DNA of 64,000 bases from Polyangiaceae bacterium (GTDB lineage: Bacteria; Myxococcota_A; Polyangia; Polyangiales; Polyangiaceae). The translations under genes were made by a program, and so were the position numbers. Location of the stretch: assembly GCA_050287085.1 (NCBI GenBank), contig JBNKBE010000001.1, positions 64,001 to 128,000 on the forward strand, read 5' to 3'. Within the stretch, counting starts at the first letter, position 1. Each line of letters begins with the position of its first letter. Of the stretch, positions 11,659 through 21,143 are shown in pieces. The notes beneath the pieces were generated by a model. That model was not told the origin of the DNA. It did no database searches and saw only the letters and a list, made by a program, of their open reading frames with translations.

Positions 11659-13836
11659 TTGCAACTTGGTTTGAGTACGCGCAGTCCACTTGATAGGCCA
11701 GAGCTGAGGGAGCTCGATGCCGCGCTCGACGCAGGCGAACTCGAACGCGCCCAGCAGCTTCTCAGCAGTCACCAACAAGTGTTGGACGACGAGCTCGCGT
11801 CCAGCTACTTGACGACCAAACTCTTGTTTCTGCGCGGCCGATTGGACTCGGTTGGAGTGGCGGAGCGCATGACAGAATTGCTTCGCGTTGCGCCCCACTT
11901 TGAAGAGGCGGCAGAGCTCTTGGCTCTAACCCGCAGCGCGCGCCCCCCATCAACGCCAACACGCTTTCAGGCTGCGGTGAGCGTCGCAGCGGCGGCAGCC
12001 AGGGCCTCCCGTGCCATCGAAGCCACGCCGCATACGTCGGATGCACGCACCCAGGATGCGTCCGGCCCTGAACCCGCAGGTGCCGTCACCTCCTGGCAGC
12101 CCACGCTGCCTCCGGGGAGCACTGCGCCCCCGGAGAGCGCTGCGCCCCCGGAGAGCGCTGCGCCCCCGGAGAGCGCTGCGCCTCCCGCGAGCAGTGCGCA
12201 CTCGGCCAATACGACGCGCTCGGCAGGCGCAACGCAACCAGCCCGCGCCGCGCGCTCCGTCCCTCCAAGCTTCGCCCCTGACTCGTTCGCTCCGCCTCGA
12301 GGTGCAACCGCGCCCAGCATGCCTCCTCTTGACGCCTCGTTCTCGGCCCACGACGAGTTCGAGTTCGATGAACCGGCGGCGTCGCTGCAAGCGCCACGGG
12401 TTCCATCCGAAACACTCGCCCGCCCGTTCATGTCCAACGGACACCGAGATACAAGGGCTCTCGAGGCTAGCGATATCGTCGCCTCCGCAGATGCAAGTCC
12501 GGCACTGCCGCTCGACGCGCCCGCCGTACCAGAGCTGACCGTGGGCTTGACGTCACCCGCAGAGCGTGCCGGCGAAGCTTTGCGGCCCCCGGAACGCCGC
12601 AGCATTTCGGTGGATACACGCCCTCGAACGCCCGAACCGGCAGCATCCGTACCGCCACCGGGACGCTGGCAACAAGCCGGAGATAGCTATCGTCCGGAAG
12701 GCCGATACAACGCCACGCGGGACGCCCTTTCACTCCCCCCCGCGGAGTACCTCTCAGTCCCTCCCGACGCCGACTCTGCGTCTCCCAGGGCGTCCAGCGC
12801 GCCGCCCCAAGACCACCAGCCTCGCGCCCCGCGGCTTTCGTCCCGGCCACTGCCGGCAGCATCAGGCTCCCTCAGCCCACATTCGCCAGACCGCAGCTTC
12901 TGGTCGAGTTTGGAGCTCGGGCTATGGCGCGCGGAACATGCCGAAGCGGTCGAGGCCGTCGAAGCACTGGCAGCACAAGCCACGCGCGAGCTCGGCACAA
13001 ACCCCACCTTGGGCCGGGTTGCAAGCGCCGCGGCAGCGTTGTTTTCAGCAGCCCCCGTGCTGCGGCTGTTCGCCCCCTACGACCAGTCGCTCACCAGCCT
13101 ATCTAGACTCGATATCGCACTCGCCGCTCTGGCCGGTCCCCGCCCCGAGCGCTTGCATTGCCCCCACCTGGTGTTGATGACGGGCTCCTATCTGGGAGAA
13201 ACCCTTCGCCATGCCCACCGCGGAGCGTGGCATGGCGAACCGTCGCGCGTCGTCGCTTTGCGCGTTCACCACGGGAGCACTCGTTGGGCCCCTTTTCAGC
13301 TCATGCGCCAGCGCTTCGCCGGCGAAGAACGCCGCACCCTCGCTGGTGCACTGGAAGGACTCGCACCGCCGGGAACTCCCCCCTGGTTTGAGTGCCGGCC
13401 AGCGCCCTCCGACAAGCGCTGGTGGGACGAGCTCCCGTCGACGACGGAACTCTCCGGTCTTTCCCAGAGTCTGACGCATTCCCCATTTTCAATGCTGTGC
13501 CGCGCGTTGTACGGGCGCAGACTCGATCAGAGCATGGACAGCGTCGACGCACTCGCTAGCCTCTTCGGCACCCTGACGGCTAGTCCAACTCCGCTGAGCG
13601 GCCACGAACGCTGGCTTGAACGCCTGTGCGTGCTGTTCGGTGCATACGTCGGCTCCCTCCTGAAAACCCACAGCGGTGCGGCTTGGCAATTGCGCCCCAT
13701 CGAGCGCCTCGAGGACTACGCCTTGACCCTGCCCACCGGACACATAACAACCCCCATGACCGTCGTCCGGCGCCAGGCATTGTGCCAAGAACCCGAGCAA
13801 TTGGCCCTTTACATCCGAGAGCTTGCAACGGCTTGA
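11659..13836 (+). CDS. Hypothetical protein: N-terminal TPR-like helices, Pro/Ala/Ser linker, duplicated C-terminal domain
   Basis: ELDAALDAGELERAQQLL at the N-terminus, a low-complexity middle, and two copies of DQSxxSxxxL...G(S/A)Y(L/V)G...W. Confidence 0.75.
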   Translation: MQLGLSTRSPLDRPELRELDAALDAGELERAQQLLSSHQQVLDDELASSYLTTKLLFLRGRLDSVGVAERMTELLRVAPHFEEAAELLALTRSARPPSTPTRFQAAVSVAAAAARASRAIEATPHTSDARTQDASGPEPAGAVTSWQPTLPPGSTAPPESAAPPESAAPPESAAPPASSAHSANTTRSAGATQPARAARSVPPSFAPDSFAPPRGATAPSMPPLDASFSAHDEFEFDEPAASLQAPRVPSETLARPFMSNGHRDTRALEASDIVASADASPALPLDAPAVPELTVGLTSPAERAGEALRPPERRSISVDTRPRTPEPAASVPPPGRWQQAGDSYRPEGRYNATRDALSLPPAEYLSVPPDADSASPRASSAPPQDHQPRAPRLSSRPLPAASGSLSPHSPDRSFWSSLELGLWRAEHAEAVEAVEALAAQATRELGTNPTLGRVASAAAALFSAAPVLRLFAPYDQSLTSLSRLDIALAALAGPRPERLHCPHLVLMTGSYLGETLRHAHRGAWHGEPSRVVALRVHHGSTRWAPFQLMRQRFAGEERRTLAGALEGLAPPGTPPWFECRPAPSDKRWWDELPSTTELSGLSQSLTHSPFSMLCRALYGRRLDQSMDSVDALASLFGTLTASPTPLSGHERWLERLCVLFGAYVGSLLKTHSGAAWQLRPIERLEDYALTLPTGHITTPMTVVRRQALCQEPEQLALYIRELATA
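12109..12198 (+). repeat. In-frame 18-bp tandem repeat (PPESAA)
   Basis: ctgcgcccccggagagcg x3 exact (12122-12175) plus degenerate flanking copies. Confidence 0.92.
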
Positions 13837-13964
13837 GCGGCAGCCATTTCGCCCAACGCGGGGCCGTGCGCAACATTCTCGCGCGCAGTCCCAGATCCGA
13901 CCACGCTGACCAGCCCAACGCGGCGTTGACCCGCGGCACACCTCTTGCTTCGCTTCGCCTCAGT

Positions 13965-14753
13965 ATGAGCCACCCACCCTTTTCACTACATGCCGCTGTT
14001 TTGCTTCTGGCTCTCGGCGCCTCAGGTTGTGGCCTGAACATGGATGTCGACTTCGACCAGGACGCCGGCGCCATGGCATCCGATGCGGGCGCAGGTGCTC
14101 TGGAGGATGTCGCCAAGCGCTGCCAGCGGCCGCGCGGCGCCGCCGCCGACCCCACCGACATCGAGTCACTGGCGAACTATCTGGACGCCATGCGCCGCGA
14201 AAGTGACGAACCCGTTGCGCTGAGTTGCTTCGTCGAATCGCTCACCGGGCCGCTCAGGGTTCAAAGCACGGCCAGCGTCTTCAGCGCGCAGCCCGCAGAC
14301 AGCAAGAACGATCCCCGTATCTTCCTCTTTCTGGGTGAGCGGCTCATTCTGTCGGTAGTGCCCATGGGTGATACCTCAAACATGCTGGAAGTCAGCGAAC
14401 TTCAATCGCCCACCCGATCCTTCAAGGCTGAGTTCGAGTTCCCCCTGGAGAAACGCTTGAAGGAGGTGATGGCGGATCATCGCTTCATGCCCAATGGCAT
14501 CAGCGTCTGCGCGCTCTGTCACTCCGATGAGGTTCCCGTCGAGGACTATCCTTTCGCCAACGCGACGCTCTCCAACGCGCTCAAGCCGATGCCTCAGCTC
14601 GAAGTAACGCTCGAGTACATGCAGAAAGAGACGTTCGAATGCCCCGCCGACAAGACGCCCGAGCGCTGTGCTCTCTTGCGTGCCGTGTTTTCGCGAAGCG
14701 ACCTGACGCGAGGAGAGTTTCCAAACGAAATGCCCACCTTCTTCACCTTTTAA
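13965..14753 (+). CDS. Lipoprotein with a single CxxCH (putative c-type heme) motif
   Basis: Signal peptide AVLLLALGASGC (lipobox) and a CALCH motif near the C-terminus. Confidence 0.7.
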   Translation: MSHPPFSLHAAVLLLALGASGCGLNMDVDFDQDAGAMASDAGAGALEDVAKRCQRPRGAAADPTDIESLANYLDAMRRESDEPVALSCFVESLTGPLRVQSTASVFSAQPADSKNDPRIFLFLGERLILSVVPMGDTSNMLEVSELQSPTRSFKAEFEFPLEKRLKEVMADHRFMPNGISVCALCHSDEVPVEDYPFANATLSNALKPMPQLEVTLEYMQKETFECPADKTPERCALLRAVFSRSDLTRGEFPNEMPTFFTF

Positions 14754-14839
14754 GGGCCCGCAGATAGGAAAGTCAGTCGCGAGCCGGCAGCTACCGGTCC
14801 GCAGATGGGAAAGTCAGTCGCGAGCCGGCAGCTGCCGGC
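14751..14839 (+). repeat. Tandem 41-bp duplication of the head of the dispersed element (copies B1 and B2)
   Basis: ccgcagataggaaagtcagtcgcgagccggcagctaccggt (14758-14798) then ccgcagatgggaaagtcagtcgcgagccggcagctgccggc (14799-14839). Starts just after a TAA stop and fills the gap between convergent genes. Confidence 0.9.
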
Positions 14840-15442
14840 TCAGCAAGCTCGTCTTCCGAGGCCGATGAGGAAGACCTCCACACTGCTGCCCCGCGTTCCA
14901 CGGGGCTTGGCAATCTTCACGGATGAGTACAACGCGGCGACGTCGGCTCGTGCCTGCTCGAAGTCCGCTCCCATGAAGAGTTTGCCGCAGAAGCTGGAAC
15001 CGTCGAGACCGTAGCGCTCTGCGACCGCCAGGGCTTGGGAGAATAGCAGGTAGCTGCGCGCGGCATTCTGAGCCTTATTCGCCCCCGTATTGGGGGCCAT
15101 GTCGCTCAAAACGCAATCAAAGGGCGCATGGGGTTGAAGCACCCCCTGATCCAAGTCCAAAGCATCGCCCTGCACGACCGTTACATGCGGCTCAAAGCGT
15201 TGTTCAATGGCTTGCAAGTCCACCGCCAGCAAACGACCGCTCGGACCGATCACTCGCGACACATACAGACTCCAAGAGCCTGGTGCCGCGCCGAGATCAA
15301 CTACCGCATGACCCGCACGAAGCAGGTGATACTTGCTATCGATCTCCTCCAGCTTGAACACGCTGCGAGCGGGATAGCCCTGGGCACGGGCTGCACGGGT
15401 TCGATGATCACCCCCGACGTAGGGACTTCGTCTACCGCTCAT
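14840..15442 (-). CDS. rlmE: 23S rRNA Um2552 methyltransferase (RlmE/FtsJ)
   Basis: YPARSVFKLEEI, VVDLGAAPGSWS, SDMAPN, and the K-D-K-E tetrad. The ATG overlaps the upstream stop (ATGA). Confidence 0.93.
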   Translation of the reverse strand: MSGRRSPYVGGDHRTRAARAQGYPARSVFKLEEIDSKYHLLRAGHAVVDLGAAPGSWSLYVSRVIGPSGRLLAVDLQAIEQRFEPHVTVVQGDALDLDQGVLQPHAPFDCVLSDMAPNTGANKAQNAARSYLLFSQALAVAERYGLDGSSFCGKLFMGADFEQARADVAALYSSVKIAKPRGTRGSSVEVFLIGLGRRAC

Positions 15443-16431
15443 TCGACCACCAGCCTCAAACTCTTGGTGTGCACGCTTCCGTCCCGAGCTGGAGGACAAT
15501 CCAGGGGCGGCTCAGGATGCACTAGCTGACGGACGCGGCGCGCCGCGCGCTGCGCAGCCTGGAGGACCCAATCGGCAAACTCATCGCTGCGGGTGGCACG
15601 ATGATTCGTGACGCAGAGCAGAGCCCCCCCAGGAGCGAGCAGTCTGATCGTGTCTTCCACTAGCTCGCCGTAGTCGCGAGCAACGGAAAACGAGCGCGAA
15701 CCATGAGATGAGAAGCTGGGTGGATCCAGCACTATGAGATCGTAGCGATCGGCCCGACGAACGGCTCGCGGCACCCACTTACGAGCGTCGTCGCGCAACA
15801 AGCGATGCGTCGAAGGGTCTAGCTGATTGAGCGCCAGGTTCTCTGCGCCCCGTCTCAGTACGCTGCCGGAGAGGTCGACACTGGTCACCTGTGATGCCCC
15901 TCCGAGTCCCGCAGCGACACTGAAGGAGCACGTGTAGGCAAACAGATTGAGCACCCGCAACCCGCGGGCTGCTCCTTGAAGCCACGAGCGGTTGTCGCGC
16001 TGATCGAGAAAGAGCCCCGTCGACAGCCCATCGTCGAGGCGCACATGATACCTACGTCCTGCCTCGTGAACGATCAGGCCGTCACACGGCGCGCCCGTGA
16101 GGGGAGCATCCGCGGGCAACTCCGATGGAGACAGCCGGCGCAGATCCGCTTTGCGTCGGGTCTTGAGGTACACACCGACCAAGCCCAATTCCAACAGAGC
16201 AGACGCTACCTGCGGCGCCAAGGCCGAGGCCTGCGCCGTGTAGGTGCTCAGGGCCGCCCAATCGCCGTATAGGTCAACGGTCAGCCCCTGAAGCTCGTCA
16301 GCATCGGCGTCGTGCACTCGCAGCGCGTCGGTCTGGGCAAACAGACTGGCGCGCTTACGCGCCGCGCGGAGCAAACGCCCCTTCAGGCCCTGGGCCTGTG
16401 TCTCTGATAGGTCGTCGAGGGTGAGCGGCAT
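15439..16431 (-). CDS. RlmI/RlmK-like class I SAM-dependent rRNA methyltransferase
   Basis: TGLFLDQRDNR, VLNLFAYTCSFS and LIVLDPPSF motifs. An N-terminal PUA domain is not evident. Confidence 0.88.
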   Translation of the reverse strand: MPLTLDDLSETQAQGLKGRLLRAARKRASLFAQTDALRVHDADADELQGLTVDLYGDWAALSTYTAQASALAPQVASALLELGLVGVYLKTRRKADLRRLSPSELPADAPLTGAPCDGLIVHEAGRRYHVRLDDGLSTGLFLDQRDNRSWLQGAARGLRVLNLFAYTCSFSVAAGLGGASQVTSVDLSGSVLRRGAENLALNQLDPSTHRLLRDDARKWVPRAVRRADRYDLIVLDPPSFSSHGSRSFSVARDYGELVEDTIRLLAPGGALLCVTNHRATRSDEFADWVLQAAQRAARRVRQLVHPEPPLDCPPARDGSVHTKSLRLVVE

Positions 16432-16481
16432 CGCTTCGCTCCGGTCACCCTCGGGAGACCCGCACGTCAGTCCGCCGGGGC

Positions 16482-17150
16482 TTAGGCCGCCGGACGACCC
16501 GCGTTCTTCTTCTTGTTGGCGCCGCGCAGCTCGACAATGCCATTGGCAGAGCCCGGGATCCCGCCGCGAACGAGAAGCAGTCCCTTCTCTTCGAGAATCT
16601 TCACGATCGGCTGATTCAACACGCTGATCTGCTTGTTGCCGTGTTGCCCCGCCATACGGCGGCCCGGCAATACGCGACCCGGGGTCATGTTGGTACCGAT
16701 GGACCCGCCGTGCCGCTTGGTTTCGTGCACACCGTGAGAGCGCTTGGTACCGTGGAAATTGTGGCGGCGCATAACGCCGGTGAAGCCACGACCGCGGGAG
16801 ACGCCGCGAATGTCGAGGAACTGCCCCTCCACAAACACGTCGGTGGCCTTGAGTTGCTGACCGAGCTCGTATTTTCCAAGCTCCGATGCATCACAGCGGA
16901 ACTCCCGCACCACCTGCGGAGCGCCGGCTTCTTGGTCCTTGAACTGGCCCGCAAGAGGCTTGCTGGTGCGGACTGCTTTGCGCTTGCCTTGCCCCAGAAT
17001 CAGTGCGTCGTAGCCGTCTTTCTCGGCCGTTCGCTTGCCGACGACGGTACAGGTCACATCGATAACGGTGCACGGCGTGACCGTACCGTCTTCGCTGACC
17101 ACCTGGGTCATGCCAATTTTCTTGCCTAGAATGCCTGCGTTCTTGTTCAT
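16482..17150 (-). CDS. rplC: 50S ribosomal protein L3 (stand-alone)
   Basis: GKKIGMTQV, DGYDALILG, SRGRGFTGVMRRHNF, GSIG...TPGRV, MAGQHG and VRGGIPG. Upstream AAGGAG Shine-Dalgarno. Confidence 0.96.
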   Translation of the reverse strand: MNKNAGILGKKIGMTQVVSEDGTVTPCTVIDVTCTVVGKRTAEKDGYDALILGQGKRKAVRTSKPLAGQFKDQEAGAPQVVREFRCDASELGKYELGQQLKATDVFVEGQFLDIRGVSRGRGFTGVMRRHNFHGTKRSHGVHETKRHGGSIGTNMTPGRVLPGRRMAGQHGNKQISVLNQPIVKILEEKGLLLVRGGIPGSANGIVELRGANKKKNAGRPAA

Positions 17151-17350
17151 GGTCTTGCTGCTCCTTCACGGCCATTGACGTCGCTCTGACGGACGCCAAG
17201 TGGGCCGCACCCGGCGCGTGCCGATCGGTCGGCACGCCTCGCTGAAGAATCGAGTCGGGTTTGGTTGCGGTCTGTCGCGTTACCGGGCAAAGAGGCTCAC
17301 GGCCTATGCACCGGCTTGCGACCCAATTGACTGAGGTCGAAAGGACGGGC

Positions 17351-17379
17351 GGTCTAGCGGCTCGGAGCGCCGTCGTCAA
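17351..17379 (-). promoter_or_regulatory. Putative sigma70 promoter for rplC
   Basis: TTGACG-N17-TAGACC on the minus strand, about 200 nt upstream of the rplC start. Confidence 0.5.
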
Positions 17380-17456
17380 GGCGCAGAATGCCGCAAGCCA
17401 CACGCCGGATCCGGGAACGGCCTGGTGCGCGGGGCACACGGGACGCACAAAGCGTA

Positions 17457-17484
17457 TTGACTGACAGCCGACGGAATGCATAAT
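17457..17484 (+). promoter_or_regulatory. Putative sigma70 promoter for rplS
   Basis: TTGACT-N16-CATAAT, about 200 nt upstream of the rplS ATG. Confidence 0.55.
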
Positions 17485-17692
17485 CCCGCTCCCCGGCGAG
17501 GCTCGAGGCGCGGCCCATCATCAAGCGGCCCAGAGCTGAGTAGTCCGGTGTCACGCAGAACCAGGCAGTCAGAATTACGGAAGCGCGAGCGCCAAGCGGC
17601 ACGCGCAGACTCCGGAATATGAGCCGTCTGGGCGCACGGCACGCGCGGGGTGGACGACTACGGCCCGGAACTTGACCGGGTGGAGACGCATC

Positions 17693-18052
17693 ATGGCAAT
17701 CGCTTCGGCTATCATCAACGAACTCGAGAAAGAAACCCTCCGCACGGACCTCCCCACGGTTCGGATCGGCGACACGATCGCGGTTCACTACCGCATCGTC
17801 GAAGGCGATAAGATGCGTGTTCAGGTGTTCAAAGGCGTGGTCATTAAGCGCCGCCGAGCGGGTGCGCGCAGCACGATTACGGTGCGCAAGACCAGCTTCC
17901 ACGTCGGCGTAGAGCGAACCTTCTTGCTCCACACTCCGCGCGTCGAAAACATCGAGATCGTCTCCCATGGTGTAGTGCGACGTAGTCGCCTGTACTTCCT
18001 CCGCGACCGTCGCGGCAAGGCGGCTCGTCTCAAGGACAAGCGCGAAGCCTGA
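17693..18052 (+). CDS. rplS: 50S ribosomal protein L19 (stand-alone)
   Basis: [43 protein letters not shown] and [24 protein letters not shown] precedes the ATG at 17693. Confidence 0.96.
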   Translation: MAIASAIINELEKETLRTDLPTVRIGDTIAVHYRIVEGDKMRVQVFKGVVIKRRRAGARSTITVRKTSFHVGVERTFLLHTPRVENIEIVSHGVVRRSRLYFLRDRRGKAARLKDKREA

Positions 18053-18128
18053 GCGGCTTTGCACGGGATGACTACGTCCCGTGCGACCTTGTTCGGGGTG
18101 CAAACCACAAGCCCGAGACACAACGGCG

Positions 18129-18157
18129 TGCGCCGGCCAGCTTCGCTGGGCCGGCGC
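18129..18157 (+). terminator. Stable hairpin downstream of rplS (possible terminator or processing site)
   Basis: Perfect 13-bp stem tgcgccggccagc-ttc-gctggccggcgca followed by gtggtgtttgt (weak U tract). Confidence 0.5.
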
Positions 18158-18294
18158 AGTGGTGTTTGTCCTGACGGCTCATCGGCCTAGGGCGTCGCAG
18201 AGAACTTCGCAGTCTACTATTCCACGGTGCCAGAAGACGGTTATGGTCTCGCTGGACCCGGGGTCTGTGGCCTCGTTCAGGGAGTGCTTGGGCT

Positions 18295-18858
18295 ATGCCC
18301 ACTTGTCAGAGCTGCGGAGAATACAACGAGCCGGATTCCAAGTTCTGCGTCAGCTGTGGCGCGGCTTTGGCACCTGCGGCCAGATCACCCGATGCGGCTC
18401 ATCTGGGGGGCACTGCGACGGCGGAACACGCGCTGGCGTTGGAGGGCGCTCTCGACGACGGAGCCCAGTTCGCCACCACAGCGATGCCGCAGCGTGAATC
18501 CGGCTCTGCTCCGCTTCGGGTGGAGGGCGGGTCGCCCGAGTGCTTGATCGGGTTCCTGGTGAGCTTCGATGCCAACCCGTTGGGTGACGCCTGGCGAATC
18601 ACTCAACGCCACGCCATCGTCGGACGCCTGGGAGCGGGCGTCGAGATCCCCATCCAGCTGCCCCATCCCACGGTCTCGTCGCGCCACGCGACGCTCGTGG
18701 CAGCTTCCTCGCCAGCGCGAGTCCAGCTGACCGACAATAGCAGTACCAACGGCACCTATCTCAATGACGTCCTGCTTCAGGCCGGGGTGCGCGTCGACTT
18801 GCGCGACGGCGATCGACTGCGATTTGGACTATTCAACGCCGTCGTGAAGATCTTGTAA
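18295..18858 (+). CDS. Zinc-ribbon + FHA domain protein
   Basis: CQSCG...FCVSCG zinc ribbon. FHA motifs IVGR, VSSRHA, STNGT and LRDGDRLRFG. Confidence 0.88.
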   Translation: MPTCQSCGEYNEPDSKFCVSCGAALAPAARSPDAAHLGGTATAEHALALEGALDDGAQFATTAMPQRESGSAPLRVEGGSPECLIGFLVSFDANPLGDAWRITQRHAIVGRLGAGVEIPIQLPHPTVSSRHATLVAASSPARVQLTDNSSTNGTYLNDVLLQAGVRVDLRDGDRLRFGLFNAVVKIL

Positions 18859-18911
18859 CCCTCAGCGGGCGCTCGTGTTGAGAGGCGTCGGCGCAACCCT
18901 GTCTAGTCCCT

Positions 18912-21041
18912 ATGTCCAACAATACATCGCGACGGCCGTCCCATGCCCAGAGTTTGCTTCGCAAGACCCACCGACGATGCCGCGCCACTCCCTGGGCGGT
19001 AGCCGCCCCCTGGGCGATGCGCGTCTGTGCGGCCTTCGTGCTGCTGGCGGGCTGTCTCCTTGCACCCAACGCGGACGCGGCTCCAGAGGCTCATATTCTC
19101 CGCATCGATCCGCGAGCCAGCCGCAAGAGCGGAGACCCGGTGATCACCACTGTGGTCGAAGTGCAGCAGAGCAAACGAATTAGCAAAGCCACAGCTCACT
19201 GCGCGACACTCACGAGCTCATCGCGGCTGCGCTGCATCGCCGACGCGATGGAGAAGCCGCTCTACACCCCGTTTCCCTTTCCCGAGCAGAACTCCATTTT
19301 CAGCGTAGAAGTGGATGGGATGGATCGTCCCGCGAAGCTCGTCAGCATCGAGGGATGGGGCGAATCACAGAACAAGCCCGGTATCGGAACAGCGTGGCTG
19401 ATCTTGGTCGATGCCGACAGCCGTATGCGGGGCTTCGACGACGCCAAAGAACTCGCCAGACAATTCGTCGACAGCATGGGGCCGAACGACATCGTCAACG
19501 TGATGTTCTTCAACGACCGGCAGGTGTTCAACGACTCCGGCTGGCTCCCTGTTGCTCGAAAGTCGCAAGCGACCTCGTTCATCAGTGCTGTCCGCGGCAC
19601 CGTGCCCAAGCAGGGGCGCAACCGCCCGTTGCTAACCATCATCAAGAACGCTGCGACGGACGGCTTCAAGGCGCTCGGCAATGCTGGCGAGAAGGTACAG
19701 GTCCCCCTTCACCAAGCCATGGTGGTGCTGTCGAGTGGCTATGGTGGTGCTGACCCGGCGACGACCGGACCCGGCGCGCTGCAGCTGTCCGAGTACATGA
19801 CAGGCGGGCGCTTTCCGGAAGACAACACCGTACTACCCAAGACCCCGGTGCCCGTCATCAGCATCTACTACCCACCACGAACGTGGGACGAGGTGGCTAA
19901 CAACGCGCTCGAGTTCATGCAGAACCTCGCCAACACCCAGATTGGCGGATACTTCAGCATCATGCAGGACGGCGAAGGAAGCCGGTCCAAGGGCATCGTC
20001 AATGCGGTGCGGACCCGCTTCTCAAAAATGGTCGTCGCTCGCTGGAGGGTCTCCTGCGTCGCTCCAACTATCACCCAAAGCTTCCGACTGGTCTTCAAGA
20101 GCACCGAACCTCCAATCGCGGGTGACGCCACCTTCAAAGACGTTCCGCTGGGACTCGATCCGACGACCTGGCCCCTCGATGTGGACCTGACCAAGACCCA
20201 AGCCGGTAACCCCGAGCCGATCTATCCGGGGGGCAAGGTGAAGGTCTTCGGTGACTTCTGCTGGGGCGGGGACACGAGTCGCGCCGAGTTGTACTTCGTG
20301 CCGGCAGGACAGGCTGTTCCAGCTGATCTTTCCGGCTCCGATCCGGAGCAAGCCAAGCAGGCCCAACAACACCTCATCGCGATGGGCATGAAAGCGGAGG
20401 TGAATCAAACAGCCGATACTTTCGCGGAGTTTGTTGCACCCGACAATGACAAGCTCATTCACGGCTCTGGAAGCCAAGCGGTTGCGCGTCTGGTGCTCTA
20501 CGACAACAAGGCGCACCGCACGAGCGGCGCCACGGCGGACACCATCGTACAGCTTCGCGCGAGCAGTGCCCCCTTTCCGCTGCTCCCAATCTTGGGCGGA
20601 GCGCTCGGCCTGACCGTCATCGCGCTTCTTCTGGTCATCGTCTTCAGCAGTAGCCGCAAGAAGCGCAGCCGCAGCAGTGATTCCGGAGCGCTTCGCCCCG
20701 TGCAGGCCAGCGCCCCCCAAGTGCCTCCTGCCCCCACTCCGGCCAATGTGCGGCAGGCCACGCTGCGAGGCAGCGAGGGCGAGTTCCAGGTTTACCCTAA
20801 TATGGAAATGCGCCTAGGAAGAGACGCGGCGCGCTGCGCCATCGTGCTCCGAGCCAACCAAGTCTCCGGTCTGCACGCAACGCTCAGGCTCGAAAGCGGT
20901 CAACTGTCGGTCCGTGACGAAACAAGTACCCACGGAACCTTCGTCAACGGACGCCGGGCCGTCGCGGGTCAGTGGACCGTAATTCCACACGGAGCTCAGT
21001 TTCGGGTGGGGCCCTCGGAATTCCGTATCACCCTCGAGTAG
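18912..21041 (+). CDS. Exported vWA-like domain + single TM + cytoplasmic FHA protein
   Basis: Signal-like AAFVLLAGCLLAPNADA (alternative start 19017). vWA-like WLILVDADSRM...DIVNVMFF...MVVLSSG...PVISIYY. TM LLPILGGALGLTVIALLLVIVF followed by RKKR. FHA LGRD...VSGLHA...STHGTFVNG. Confidence 0.82.
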   Translation: MSNNTSRRPSHAQSLLRKTHRRCRATPWAVAAPWAMRVCAAFVLLAGCLLAPNADAAPEAHILRIDPRASRKSGDPVITTVVEVQQSKRISKATAHCATLTSSSRLRCIADAMEKPLYTPFPFPEQNSIFSVEVDGMDRPAKLVSIEGWGESQNKPGIGTAWLILVDADSRMRGFDDAKELARQFVDSMGPNDIVNVMFFNDRQVFNDSGWLPVARKSQATSFISAVRGTVPKQGRNRPLLTIIKNAATDGFKALGNAGEKVQVPLHQAMVVLSSGYGGADPATTGPGALQLSEYMTGGRFPEDNTVLPKTPVPVISIYYPPRTWDEVANNALEFMQNLANTQIGGYFSIMQDGEGSRSKGIVNAVRTRFSKMVVARWRVSCVAPTITQSFRLVFKSTEPPIAGDATFKDVPLGLDPTTWPLDVDLTKTQAGNPEPIYPGGKVKVFGDFCWGGDTSRAELYFVPAGQAVPADLSGSDPEQAKQAQQHLIAMGMKAEVNQTADTFAEFVAPDNDKLIHGSGSQAVARLVLYDNKAHRTSGATADTIVQLRASSAPFPLLPILGGALGLTVIALLLVIVFSSSRKKRSRSSDSGALRPVQASAPQVPPAPTPANVRQATLRGSEGEFQVYPNMEMRLGRDAARCAIVLRANQVSGLHATLRLESGQLSVRDETSTHGTFVNGRRAVAGQWTVIPHGAQFRVGPSEFRITLE

Positions 21042-21143
21042 CGCAGCCCTCCACCCAAGCAACAACGAGAGCACAGCACGATTCGAGTCTGTGGCGCGCC
21101 GATCCGGGTGCCATCAAGACTCGAACGCCGCAGGAGAGATGGC

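Noticed and set aside
14758..14839. Possible mini CRISPR array
   Set aside because: Only two directly abutting units, with no spacer and no cas genes.
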